Shown here piece by piece: positions 37,228 through 49,483 of a DNA stretch of 64,000 nt. Each line of letters begins with the position of its first letter. Positions within the stretch are counted from its first letter, which is position 1. The notes beneath the pieces are model-generated. The model saw nothing but the letters and a program-made list of their open reading frames with translations, made no database searches and had not been told where the DNA came from. The position numbers and the translations under genes were made by a program. This stretch comes from Malacoraja senta (lineage: Eukaryota): positions 4,652,001-4,716,000 of the forward strand of contig CM075990.1 in the NCBI GenBank assembly GCA_038087875.1, written 5' to 3'.

Positions 37228-38283
37228 TCGAGAATATCAAAATATGTCTCCAGACCTATTAGATGAGATAATGAATATAAAAGCGGAATCAGCTAATTTA
37301 ATATCATACCTGTATAATTCCATTCTAAACATAGAAATTCCATCATCTGATAGGATTAGAAGAGACTGGGAACAAGAACTAGCTATAAAAATCTCGAGAG
37401 TTGGGATAAACACCTGTTATATGTGCATAAATGCTCGATTAACGTAAGACATACTCTAATTCAATTTAAAATTTTACATAGATTATACGATTCGAAAGCT
37501 AAATGAAGTAAATTTTACCCAAATGCCTCTTCTATCTGTGATAAATGCCTAACCCAAGAAGCAACTATAGCACATTCTTTTGTTTTTTGTATAAAAATCC
37601 AAAAAATTTGGAATGAAATTTTTGAAATTTTCACGAAATTATTAAAAATAAAACTGAAACCGAATGCAGAACTGATTATTTTTGGAACAATAGAAGCAAG
37701 TTTGGAGCTGACTTCGTTTCAAAGGAGTTTTCTTAATTATGGCTTAATAACGGCAAAAAAACTTATACTGAAATTTTGGAAAAACCATCCCACGCCAACG
37801 ACAAATATGTGGATTTCTAATTTGTCGGAATTGTTACACCTAGAAGATATGAGATTCCTCTTAGCAGGTAAACCAGACCAATTCCAAAAGATTTGGTCTC
37901 CATTTATCGACTTATTACAAACATAGGGTGCAACGAAATGTTGATAATAAATGGTTTCAGGACCTGGCGAGGGGTGAGTAAAGATATGAAGTAGGTACAT
38001 CCCTTTCATATTGTCCTATCTTATCTTATTTTTTCTTTTTTCTTTTTCCTCCTTTTGGTTTTTCTCTTTTTTAAAACTATTTCTTGTGGTTTAGGTCCAT
38101 AGGGGTGTTCCTGGACCACTCTTTCAATCACTCACTTACTATCTTTACTAACTCTTTCTATCCTTTTCTCTTATTAAAGTTTAAAATAAGAAGTGGTACT
38201 AGAAAAGTATAAACTTACGTTTATTGGAGATTACTGTAATGTACAATACTTCTAATAAAATACAAAATAAAAAATAAAATAAA
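37228..38283 (+). mobile_element. L1 3' fragment related to the 5920-9968 element, with 16-bp TSD
   Basis: ORF pieces IKAESANLISYLYN..RRDWEQELAIKIS and KKLILKFWKN closely match the larger L1; A-rich tail; TSD AAGACTAATCTTTAGA at 37212-37227 and 38284-38299. Confidence 0.9.
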
Positions 38284-38619
38284 AAGACTAATCTTTAGAG
38301 AAAAGAATTGTCATCAGGGCAAATGACATTTTGAGATTATCCCGCAAAAGGTCAAACTACTTCCCAAAATGCCAAAACAATATCTAGAATTTTTTAATAT
38401 ATGAATCTCATATTCTAAACCATCCCACCCAATCCATCTAATGAACTACAATTTCTGTAGGTGTTGTAGAATTCTTGTCTTATTCTATCTAATATTGATA
38501 GAATTCTCATTCTCTCCATTCCCCCCCCCCCTCAGATTCCTCCCAGCATATATTTACTTAACAAACATCCTACAGCCCTCTCTCTCTGTCACACTCACCG
38601 TTTATCTTGCATGCATATC

Positions 38620-38970
38620 CCTCCAGACCTGTCCTATCCATGTACCTGTCTAACTGCTTCTTAAATGTTGCGGTAGTGCCTGTGTCAACTACCTCCTCTG
38701 GCAGCTTGATCCATACATCCACCACCCTTTGTGTGAAAACGTTACCCCTCAGATTCCTATTTCTCCTTCATCTTAAACCTACTGTATGTCCTCTGGTCCT
38801 CAATTCACCTACTCTGGACAAGAGACTCTGTGCATCTACCCGATCTATTCCTCTCATGATTTTATACACCTTTATAAGATCAACCCTCATCCTCCTGCGC
38901 TCCAAGGAATAGAGTTCTAGCCTTCTCAACAGCTGCCTATAGCTCAGGCCCTCTAGTCCTGGCAACATCC
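38620..38970 (-). mobile_element. CR1 LINE 3' fragment
   Basis: MLPGLEGLSY..LYSLERRRMR.DLIKVYKIMRGIDRVD. Confidence 0.8.
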
Positions 38971-39182
38971 TCCCTACATCCCCACAGGCAGGGAGAATGA
39001 CCTCTGAAGATTTGGTCATGCCAGAGCCCTATGTAACTGGAGCAAGATATCTATCCTGATATAAAAGTCTTACAATAAAGGTCAATGTGCTTTGACAATA
39101 GCTTTAAGTGACTTGTGTACAAAAACATTTAAGTTCTTCTGAAACCTTTCAGTTTTTCAATCTTTAAAACTAGTCTGACTAA

Positions 39183-39268
39183 AGGGCCTGTCCCACTTAC
39201 GCGACCTTTACAGGCGACTGCCGGCATCCGTGCGGGTGCCAGCAGGTTGCGTAAGTGGGACAGGCCCT
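39183..39268. mobile_element. PIF/Harbinger-like MITE (86 bp)
   Basis: TIR agggcctgtcccacttacgc / gcgtaagtgggacaggccct, flanked by TAA / TTA. Confidence 0.7.
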
Positions 39269-39612
39269 TTACTATTTTCTCTACAAAAGCAGATGAACCC
39301 ACTTGCATTTCATCCAGAATGTCCTCGCCCATTTACTAAAACCATCTTCACTTCTATAAACTCGGCCATCCCCTTGCAACCCACGCCACCACCTAGCTTT
39401 GTATCATCAGCCACCCTGATACTAATTCCCACATCCAAATCTGTGAATGAGAAAACCATTCACTAGTCACAGACATCCAACTAATCTGATAACCAGTCCT
39501 TAATCCAGGCTCTCTGTACTCTGTTCTAATTGTGTTCAATAATCTCTTGTCAGAGGCTTCAGATCTCCAAGTACACCATGTAAACGCTGTGATTTCAAAA
39601 TCTAAGATTTAG

Positions 39613-39738
39613 TTTAAGAAGGAACTGCAAATGCTGGAAAATCGAAGGTAGACAAAAATGCTGGAGAAACTCAGCGGGTGAGGCAGCTCCATAGATGCTG
39701 CCTCACCCGCTGAGTTTCTCCAGCATTTTTGTCTACCT
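39613..39738. repeat. Penelope-derived palindromic mini-element (42-bp perfect stem)
   Basis: aggtagac..gaggcagc (39646-39687) and its reverse complement (39697-39738); flanked by repeated ctaagatttagttta. Confidence 0.75.
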
Positions 39739-40127
39739 AAGATTTAGTTTAGTTTAGAGATACTGCCCTCTGCTGCACACTTGTGAATTCCATGTAATTC
39801 TAGTTAAAATAGGTCTCCTGACATACATTTCGATTCTGATGCAACAATACCTCTGCTGCACCCTATGTACGGAGAAAATGCCCTCTCTGTGACTCTAGAC
39901 CCGAGACCCACCAATAAGGGCAACACTGAAACGACCTAGCAATACTAGACCAAGGGCATTGGGGATGGGCAATAAATACTGGCCTTTCCTAAACTTCTAG
40001 ATACTGAAAGATTGTATAAAACTGTCATTGGAGTTAAAATACTGTTGCACGAGTTCGATGGAAGCCATTTTGTTTAACCATCAAAATACCATAAAATAAA
40101 GCTGGCTATCAAATGTGAATGATACGT

Positions 40128-40410
40128 TTAGTTTTTGGATACACCACTGAAACAGGCCTTTCGGCCCACCGAGTCTGCGCCAACCAGTGATCCCCTTACA
40201 CCAGCACTATCCTACGCACTAAGGACAATTTACAATTGTTACATGCCAAATTAACCTACAAACCTGTACGTCTTTGGAGTGTGGGAGGAAACCCACGCAG
40301 TCACAGGGAGAACGTACAAACTCTGTACAGACAGCACCCGTAGTCAGTATCGAACCCGGGTCTCTGGCGCAGTGAGGCAGCAGCTCTACTGCTGCGCCAC
40401 CGTGCCTCCC
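40128..40410 (-). mobile_element. HE1/V-SINE-like SINE
   Basis: Reverse-complement consensus. Confidence 0.8.
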
Positions 40411-41379
40411 CAAATGCCAATGTCTTGTGTTCTTTTTTCTCATTTGACAAATGGAAAGAAATAATAGGGAAAAACTCAGTGAATAGGAAGTAGTTGAGGC
40501 AGGTACAATAACAATCTAAAAAACATTTGGACAGGTACATGGATACGAAACATTTAGAGGAAGATGGACCAAATGTGGGCAAGTGGAACTAGCTTAAATG
40601 GGGCATCTTGGTCAGCATGTACGAGCTAGGCCGAGGGGTCTGTAAGACTATGTCTATGCCATGGATGGACACAAAATGCTGGAGTACTTCAGCGGGACAG
40701 GCAGCATCTCTGGAGAGAAGGAATGGGTGACGTTTCGGATCGAGACCCTTCTTCAGAATTCTCTGCCTCAGAGGGCGGTGGAAGCAGGTTCTCTGGATGC
40801 TTTCAAGAGAGAGCTAGATAGGGCTCTTAAAAATAGCGGAGTCAGGGGATATGGGGAGAAGGCAGGAACGGGGTACTGATTGGGGATGATCAGCCATGAT
40901 CACATTGAATGGCGGTGCTGGCTCGAAGGGCCAAATGGCCTACTCCTGCACCTATTGCCTATTCAGACTGAAGTTTATGCCGTCCCGTGTAGTATTGAGG
41001 GTGGGTCAGACAAGACTAGAGAATAAGAAAGGTCTAGTTCAAGTTCAAGTGAGTTTATTGTCATGTGTCCCTGATAGGACAATGAAATTCTTGTATTGCT
41101 TCAGCACAACAGAACATAGTAGGCATTGACCTCCTGCTAACACACACGGGCACAGAACACCCCTCCCCGCCACACACAACCAACTGCAAATCTCCCCACT
41201 ACACCCTCCCCATCACACCCACAGTATTTCACGGGTCTATGGAGTAAACCCGAGTTGAACAGAGGGAGCTGCAACATCAGACGGAGATTAACCTGGAGAC
41301 TGGCCAAAGGTCTGAACCACACATTGATTGGAAGTGACAAGGAGTGAGAGACGGCGGTGGAGGGACACAAACAGGAGGA

Positions 41380-42300
41380 GGTGTGTGCTAACAGGGAGGC
41401 GAGGGTCGGTCTGTCAGGAGTGACTTTGAAGCGGGGAGACGGCGGGCCGGGGTAGTGGGCAGCTCGGCACCGTCTCCTTTAATCGGATGAAAGATAGATT
41501 TTCTGTTGACTACTTTGCGTGCGCGGGCGACGGGGGGGGGGGGGGGTGAACGAGCGAGGTGTGTGACTCAGCCCGGCTGTCTGTCTGCACATCCACACTC
41601 CCCAGCAACAATTCACCACCATCTCTGCCAGGGTGATTCCGCTCCGTGGACGGCTGCCGCTGGTGTAAGGGGCCGAGGGGGACGAGAAGGTGCTGGGGGT
41701 TGTCGTGTGTCCATCTGTGTGTGTGTGGGGGGGGGGGGGGGTGGGGGCGCTCAGTGGGCGCGGAGCATCGAGATAGCAGCCGGCTGTGCCATTCCCAGTC
41801 TCGCCTTCTCCGGCAATCGGCAGTGAGTGTGGGTCTGACCCGGGGCGGTGTGGGGTGGGTTAGTGTGGGGTGGGGTGAAACACTGTGGGTGTGATGGGGA
41901 GGGTGTAGTTCGCGGGGAGATTTGCAGTTGGCTGTGTGTGTGGCGGGGAGGGGTGTTCTGTGCCCGTGTGTGTTAAGCAGGAGGTAAAGGGCCTGTTGCT
42001 TTTGCAGACACATCGCCGCGGTGCCTTTGCTTTGATCTTGGTCACGTATCAGTGCCTTGGATTGATGGGGAGTTGATGGGCTTCAACGTGGGCACGGAGG
42101 CTGTGTGTAGCGGGGACCCGGGGATAGTGCAGCCGGGCGTGGCATCTGTTGCTGCTGCTCTCTCCCTCCCTCCAACTGCCCGGCCCCGCACCCACTGCCC
42201 CCGGCCCCGCCGCCTCCCTCCCACTGCCCCCGGGCTCCTGCTCTCCCCGCCCGCCACAGTTCCACCTCCATCTCGATCGCTCCACGCGAGCACTTTCCAC
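41380..42300 (+). promoter_or_regulatory. CpG/GC-rich region; probable GPRIN2 promoter and non-coding first exon ending at donor GGCA|gtgagt (41822)
   Basis: Apparently non-repeat CpG-dense stretch with G-runs, GC boxes and a TGACTCA site (~41564); consensus donor at 41823. The GPRIN2 coding exon begins with an acceptor, so an upstream exon is required. Confidence 0.55.
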
Positions 42301-43100
42301 ACTGATCACATTCCTGTCTTGTCTCCATTTCATAGACCAATACAGCACCAGAACAGGCCCTTCGGCCCACAGTGTCTGTGCTGAACATCAGAATCAGATT
42401 CTATTCGCCAAGTATGTTTTGCAACATACGAGGAATTTCACTGGCCAGGTCAGTCATACAATTAAAAACAACAGACTCAAAAACACATTTTAACATGAAC
42501 ATCCACCACAGTGACTCCTACACATTCCTCACTGTGATGGAAGGCGAAATAAAGTTCGTCCTTCCCTTGCGTTCTTCCTTGGTCGGGGGCCTCGAGCCCC
42601 CGTTAACGGGATGATCTTGACTCCCGTAGCCGGCGGTGTTCTGGCCCTCCCCGTCGAGGCGTTCAGCTCCAGCATCGGGGGGTTGTCAGCTCCCCGCGCC
42701 GGGCGATCAAACCTCGCGTCGGGGCTGGTCGAGCCTTCTGCGGCGTTGGAGCTCCCGACTTGCCTCAAAATGTTGGCGTAACTCAGCGGGTCAGGCAGCA
42801 TCTCTGAAGAGATGGAATGGGTGACGTTTTAGATCGAGACCTTTCTTCGGACCTTTCTCCACCCGAAACATCACCCATTCTTTCATAACCTTCTCTCCAG
42901 AGATGCTACCTGGCCCGCCGAGTTACTCCAGGAATTTGTGTCTATCATCTGTGTAAACCAGCATCTGCAGTTCCTTCCTACACATATCCCTCCATACCCT
43001 GCATACCCATCCATAGTCCTGTCCAAACGCCTTTTAAATGGCACTAATGCAACCACGAACCCTGGCAGCGCGTTCTAGGCACTCACCCCCCTCTGTGTAT

Positions 43101-43998
43101 AGGGGGGTTGCACGTAAGGTCACCGGGTCATAGGGCTTGACGCACGGAGCCGCTCAATCCATCTGGAGGACATCCGTCACTTCCGGTATATTTTATTAAT
43201 GCAAGAAACGCGTACTTTCCTACCTGTTAAAAAACGCCAAAATGTTGAATTTTTTCACTGTAAAAAATTGTGGGAGTCGGGGTAAGTGTGAGACATGTAC
43301 CCAACTTCAGAATTCCAAAAGTGAAGCGAGATGAAGGTAAAGAGAAGCGAGAGCTGAAGGGACAACAGCAGCTAAAGTGCTTGGCGAACATTGGCCGTGC
43401 AGATATCGGAATTGAAAATATTGGGAATTATCGCGTTTGCTCACTGCATTTCATCAACAGTAAGGCATTATTTAGGTTTTTTCTTGATTCCTTTGGTATC
43501 TAAAAAGTCTCAGAAGTGATAAATCTGGCTGTAAATTTTGCTTCAGGGCCGTTTTCTTTTTGTATGTAAAAACCCACTTGAGAACCATGGACGATTTAAA
43601 AATTTTACAGCCAGATTTATCACTTCTGAAACTTTTTAGATGCCAAAGGAATCAAGAAAAAGCACAAATAATGCCTTAGTTGATGAAATACAGTGAGCAA
43701 ACGGCCAATGTTCGACAAGCACTTTGGCTGTTGTTGTCCCTTCAGCTCTCGCTTCTATCTACCGTCATTTCTCCTCACTTTTGGAATTCTGAAGTAGGAT
43801 AAATGTCTCCCACGCTTATCCCGATTTCCATAATTATTTACAGCGCAAAAATTGACAATTTCGGCGGGTTTTAACGGGCCCGCTACGCTGGAAACAATGG
43901 TAAGTACTTACCTGCAGTTCATCGCGTGTAATCCATTTGGCGTAGCGTAGCAACAGTACGGGTCATGGGTCGTGACCCGACTGCCGTGAAACCTCCCT
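43101..43998. mobile_element. Fold-back non-autonomous DNA transposon with THAP-domain remnants in both arms (ISL2EU/Kolobok/P-like), inserted in CR1
   Basis: TIR aggggggttgcacg / cgtgaaacctccct with an AT (or TA) flanking duplication. The host CR1 sequence ctctgtgt..aaaaacttgccccgcac is rejoined on removal. ~290-bp internal inverted repeat. THAP motifs FCAV..C, FRIP, RVCSLHF. Confidence 0.75.
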
Positions 43999-44502
43999 AT
44001 AAAAACTTGCCCCGCACACCTCCTTTAAACTTTGCCCCTCTCACCTCATTTCGTTGCCTCCGAGGACAGGCTCCGCCCACGTCATTTTCCGTGCCATCTG
44101 GCGCCCTATCATAAGTGATAGGAGCAGAATTAGGCCATTCGTCCCATCGAGTCTACTCCGCCAATCAATCATGGCTGGTCTATCTTTCCCTCTCAACCCC
44201 ATTCTTCTGTCTTCTTCCCGTAACCTTTGACAACCCTTACCAATCAAGTATCTGTCGACTTCTGCTTTAAAAATACTTTGATTGCATTTGTTCCCACTTG
44301 TCCAAAAGGTGTCTCCACCTTGGTACCAAAACAAGATGCAGAGCCACCAGAGGTAGACACAAAGAGCTGGAGTAACTCAACGAGTCAGACAGCATCTCTG
44401 GAGAAAAAGCTTGGGTGACGTTTGGGTCAGGAGCCTTGTTCAGACTGCCTGACCCGCTGAGTTACTCCAGTACTTTGTGTCTAAGTTCAGCATAAACCAG
44501 CA

Positions 44503-44812
44503 GTGGTGGCAAGGTGGTGCAGTGGTAGAGCTACTGCTTTACAGTTGTAGATCTGGTTCTATCCTGACTACAGGTGCTGACTGGACTGAGATTGTACGTT
44601 CTCCCCGTCACCTCCATGGGTTTTCTCCGAGATCTTCAGTTTCCTCCCACACTCCAAATACGTACAGGTTTGTAGGTTAATTGGCCTGGTTATAAATGAT
44701 AAATTGTCCCTAGTGCGTGTAGGGTAGTGTTAATGTGCTGGGTTCGCTGGTCGGTGCGGACTCTGTGGGCCGGAGGGCCTGTTTCCGCGCTGTATCTCTG
44801 AACTAAACTAAA
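44503..44812 (+). mobile_element. HE1/V-SINE-like SINE
   Basis: Consensus with (taaac)n tail. Confidence 0.8.
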
Positions 44813-44989
44813 ATGTTATTCCTCCTGCACAATGCACGGCCACCGGACTGACTGCACATGCGAGTTTCATACGTGTGCTGACACGTTAGATGGACATCAT
44901 GTTGGCCCCTCCATCACACATATCAATCACACGCATTATCTGTACCTACACGACATGCACATACCATCCTGAAACACCAGACCAACACT

Positions 44990-45790
44990 GACACTCACAT
45001 TGTACTGGCATATAACACTGCAGGAGTACGTGTTGTGGGACTAGCTGAACCTCGGTGCAGCCAACGCCAAAGCTCTGTGGGTGAGGACCTCAGTCTAGGG
45101 CCCTCCTGCTGCAGGACATTGAGGGGCACTGACACCGACATTATACTGATATATACCACTGCCACCAACATGCACATACACCTGATCACACTGACACAAG
45201 GAAGCACTCACATACCAGAAGATGCACCTTTATTTTCTATTTGCTAGAATAAACTTTATTTAGAATAAAAGATGTATACAGAACATCTCCAAAACAGGAA
45301 CAGTACAAAACTCCTCAGACGTTCCAGTGTCTGTACATTCATTAGTGGCATATGTGTTAGTGTTCACAACTACTCTGAATCCAAGCACCTTGCTACTTCC
45401 CTTGTTTGAGGCGTGTCTCCACAATATCCCGCAGTGGGAGGACCCTAGACTGTGGTCGTCCTCGACAGAGCCTTGGCGTTGGCTGCACCGAGCTTCAGTG
45501 CGTTCCTCAGCACGTACCCCTGCTGTCTGGAGCGGGCCAGTCGGCTGGGAGGTCATTGAATTTCGGGCAGACCAAAGAGCGTCTTCAACCGAGTCAATGA
45601 TCTTCAGCAGCACATGATGTCTGACTCCAAATGTGCCCCTGGGAATATTGCACTGACGTAAACCATGATGCCATGTTCAGTCTGTTCCCCCACAATGGAC
45701 TGGAGGAATCTCCATGCTGCTGGGCGTGAAAGGTTTGAGCCTCCATTACAGATCCCATAGCACTTGACTGAGTAATGTTCCAGTATTTCT
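44990..45790 (-). mobile_element. Tx1-like LINE 3' fragments (partly duplicated)
   Basis: Minus-strand KIIDSVEDALWSARN motif; segment ~45010-45130 recurs at ~45420-45525. Confidence 0.55.
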
Positions 45791-45989
45791 TTGAAGGGAA
45801 CAAAGTTTCTTGCTAACTTCCCTTCTCCCAGTGGTATTGCAGTATCCTGATCTTGGACTCCAGCTCATCAACTCTTAACCTAAGTTCCTCGAGACAGAAA
45901 CAAAAAGCTAGAGAACCTCAGCAGGTCCTCAAACTGCAGGCACAGCGATGTGTCATCAATCCGACACAGTGGAATTAGCTTGTAGGAAG

Positions 45990-47590
45990 ATGGTAACACC
46001 AGCTGGTAAGATGGGCAGAGCAATGGCAGATGCAAGTCTGGTTCATGCAAGTGCCCACTGCAGGACAGACACAATGAATGGTGGAGCTGTAGGGAATATT
46101 GAGGAAGAGAGGGACCTTGGTGTACACGTATCACTAAAGGTGACAGAACGTTAAAGCAGACATGTGGGTACTTGCCTTCATTAACCAGGGCATAGAATGT
46201 AAGAGCAGGGAGGTTATGGTACAGATTTATAACATTGGCTCAGACTGCTGTGTGTTCTAGTCACCATATTGTAAGGAGGTGTGATGGCACTGGAGAGGAT
46301 GCAGCGAAAAGTCAGCAACATGTTCCTAAGGTTGAAACATTTTACTTATAAGAAAAGACTGGATTGGCTGGTCCGCTGGGATTTTTTCCCCCTTGGATGT
46401 GAGGCCAAAGAGGGACTTGCTTGAGGTATGCAACATTGTGAGGAGCACAGACAAGGTAGTTCTTGTACAGCCCCACGATATTGGAGAGTTTGCATTCCCA
46501 CAAACTGTGCGTATTGTGATTTTCCGTAACCGTAAAAATTGACAACCATTGTTTTTATCAACACATTCATGATTGAATGGAGGAACAGACTCGGTGGGCC
46601 GAATGCCGTAATTCTGCTTCTATCACTTAGGACCTTATGATTCCTTTTATTTCGATGAGGGTAGAGTGGTGGATGTTGTCTACGTTAATTGTAGTAAGGC
46701 ATTTGATAGTCCCTTATGGTAGGCTGATCCAAAAAAATAAGATGCATGGGATTAAGTGATTTTGTCATTTGCAATCAGAACTGGCTTACTGATTGAAGAC
46801 TGAGGTTCATGGTAGAAAGACAAAATTCAGGCTGGAGGTCTGTGACCAGTGGCATTCGGCGGGGATCTCAACAGGGACCTCTGTTGTTTGTGACATGTAT
46901 AAATGACTAGGATATAAACATTGATGTGTTGATTAGTACATTTGCAGATGACACCTAGAATGCTGAGGGCGTAGATTGTGAGGAAGGCTGTTAAAGTCTA
47001 GTGCAATAAAGATCAGCTACAGAAATGGGCTGAGAAATATTAAAGGGCCTGTCCCACGATGCGAGTTTACCCAAGAGCTCTCCCGAGTTTAAAAAAAATC
47101 AAACTCGTGGTAAGTATGTAGCGGGTACGTCGGAGCTCGGGGACGTCTCGTAGCGGCTCGTAACGCGAACGGCAGGTACTCGGGAAACGCGGTAAGCTCG
47201 TGAAACTCATGGAGTTTTTTCAACAGTGTGAAAAATTTCCAAGAGTTAAAAAATACTCGTGATGAAGTAGCACGAGTATGATTTTTTAAAACTCGGGAGA
47301 GCTCTTGGGTAAACTCGTATCGTGGCACAGGCCCTTAATGCGAGCAAGTGTGAGGTGCTGCACTTTGGGCAGTCAAATTAAGGGAAAATATATACAATTA
47401 ACGACAAGACCCTTAACAGCATTGATATACAGAGGGGTGTTGGGGTCCAAGTCCATTACTTTCAGAAAGGGGCAACGTAAGTAGATGGAGTGGTAAAGAA
47501 GGCATAAGGTGTGCCTGGCTTCATGCGTCGGGGCATTGAGGTCTGATACAGCTTTATAGGATTTATAGGACTATGGTGAGGCCACATTTG
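45990..47590 (+). mobile_element. Degenerate CR1 LINE RT fragments, interrupted by a Harbinger-like MITE
   Basis: aaggcatttgat, ttcggcggggatctc..gggacctctgttgtttgtg, tttgcagatgacac (FADD) and aagtgtgaggtgctgcactttgg are typical CR1 sequence. Confidence 0.7.
47044..47335. mobile_element. PIF/Harbinger-like MITE (292 bp), ~55-bp TIRs, TAA TSD
   Basis: agggcctgtcccacgatgcgagtttacccaagagctctcccgagttt.. mirrored at the right end; TAA on both sides; sits inside CR1. Confidence 0.8.
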
Positions 47591-47989
47591 GGAAACTGCA
47601 CACACGCTCAGTTTTACACGGTTTGCAGCCATAAAGCACAGAAGCATGTCCTTTGGCCCAACATGTCCAGGCTGACCAAGATGCCCCATCTAAGCTAGTC
47701 CCATTTGCCTGCATTTGGCCCATATCCCTCCAAACCTGTCCTATCCATGTATAATACTTCCATCCAGTCTCCCCTCACTGTTCTGCGTTCCAGAGAAAAC
47801 AATCTAAATTTGTCCAACCACTCCCCGTAGCTAATCCTTTGTGCAATGGCATCTTGGTCAGCATGGGCGTGTTGGGCCAAAGAGCATGCTCCCGTGGCTC
47901 TAAACCATGTAAAACTGAGGCTTGTGGAGGTAGTCATAGAGTGAAAGTGTGGAAACAGGCCCTTCGGCCCAACCTGCCCAACAACACTA

Positions 47990-48742
47990 GTCCCATCTGC
48001 CTGCGCTTGGTCCATATCCCTCAAAACCTGTCCTATCCATGTACCTGTCTAACTGTTTCTTAAATGTTGGGATAGTCCCAGCCTCAACTACTTCCTCTGG
48101 CAGCTTGTTCCATACACCCACCACCCCTCAAATTCCTATTAAATATTTTCCCCTTTGCCTTAAACCTATGTCCTCTGTTTTTCAATTCCCTTACTCTGGG
48201 CAAGAGATTCTGTGCATCTACTTGATCTATTTCTCTCATGATTTTATACACCTCAATAAGATCACCCCTCATCCTCATGTGCTTCAAGGAATAGAGTCCC
48301 AGCCTACCCAACCTCTCCCTACAGCTCAGATCCTCTAGTCCTGGCAACATCCTCGTAAATCTTCTCTGAACCCTTTCAAGCTTGGCAATATATTTCCTAT
48401 AACATGGTGTCCAGAACTGAACACAATATTCTAAATGCGGTCTCACCAACGTTTTATACAACTGCAACATGACTTCCCAACTTCTATACTCCATACTCTA
48501 ACTGATGAAGGCCAATGCTCCAAAAGTCTTTTTGACCACCTTATCTACCTGCGACTCGACCTTCATGGAACCATGCACTTGCACTCCTAGATCTCTCTGC
48601 TCTACAACACTCCCCAGAGGCCTACCATTCACTGTGTAGGTCCTGCCCATGTTAGATGTCCCAAATTGCAACACCTCACATTTCTCCCTATTAAATTCCA
48701 TCAACTATTCCTCAGTCCACCTGGCCAATCGATCCAGATCCT
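47990..48742 (-). mobile_element. CR1 LINE 3' portion
   Basis: ORFs MEFNREKCEVLQFG..RDLGVQV and YKTLVRPHLEYCVQFW..LERVQRRFTRMLPG..RGDLIEVYKIM. Confidence 0.9.
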
Positions 48743-48967
48743 GTTGGGTCAAGCCCTGGTCACTGTAGACGGATTTCAGCTGAGCAGAGCAAACTGCAAT
48801 AGCCTCCGTGCCCGTGGTTTGAAGAATGCAAAGCAAAAAGGCAAATAGCTGCTGCCACGGAGAAATCCGACAGAAATGTAAGATAGAACACCCGGCAGGT
48901 GTGGCACCATTTGTGGCAAAAAAAATGGAGTTAATGCTTCATGTTGCTGAACGTTCAGCTAACTTGT

Positions 48968-49257
48968 GGCAGCACGGTGGCGCAGCGGTAGAGTTGCTGC
49001 CCCACAGCGCCAGAGACCCGGGTTCAATCCTGACATTGGGTGCTGTCTGTATGGAGTTTGTACGTTATCCCTGTAACCCATGGGTTTTCTCCAGCTGCTC
49101 CGGTTTCCTCCTACACTCCAAAGACGTACATATTTGGAGGTTAATTGGCTTTGGTAAGTTGTAAAATTGTCCCTAGTGTGTGTGGGTTAGTGTGCAGGAT
49201 GATCGCTGGTCGGCACGGACTCGGTGGGCCGAAGGGCCTGTTTCCACGTTGTATCGG
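48968..49257 (+). mobile_element. HE1/V-SINE-like SINE
   Basis: Consensus match. Confidence 0.8.
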
Positions 49258-49483
49258 TAAAGTGGAATAACAATGCTTACACATGAGAGAAAGACACAAA
49301 ATGCTTGGATAACTTAGCGGGTCAGGCTGTGTCTCTGGAGAGAAGGAATGAATAGGTGATGTTTTGGGTCGAGATGCATCATCAGACTGCTTACACATAA
49401 TTCTTACACTGTTCATAATGCTTACACATAATTGACTGTGTCTCTTTTTGTTGATTCTCCTCACCACAGAGCGCCCATTCACC

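Noticed and set aside
49448..49483. ORF-track N-terminal extension of GPRIN2
   Set aside because: Starts at TTG within the polypyrimidine tract/acceptor; the strong-Kozak ATG is at 49484.
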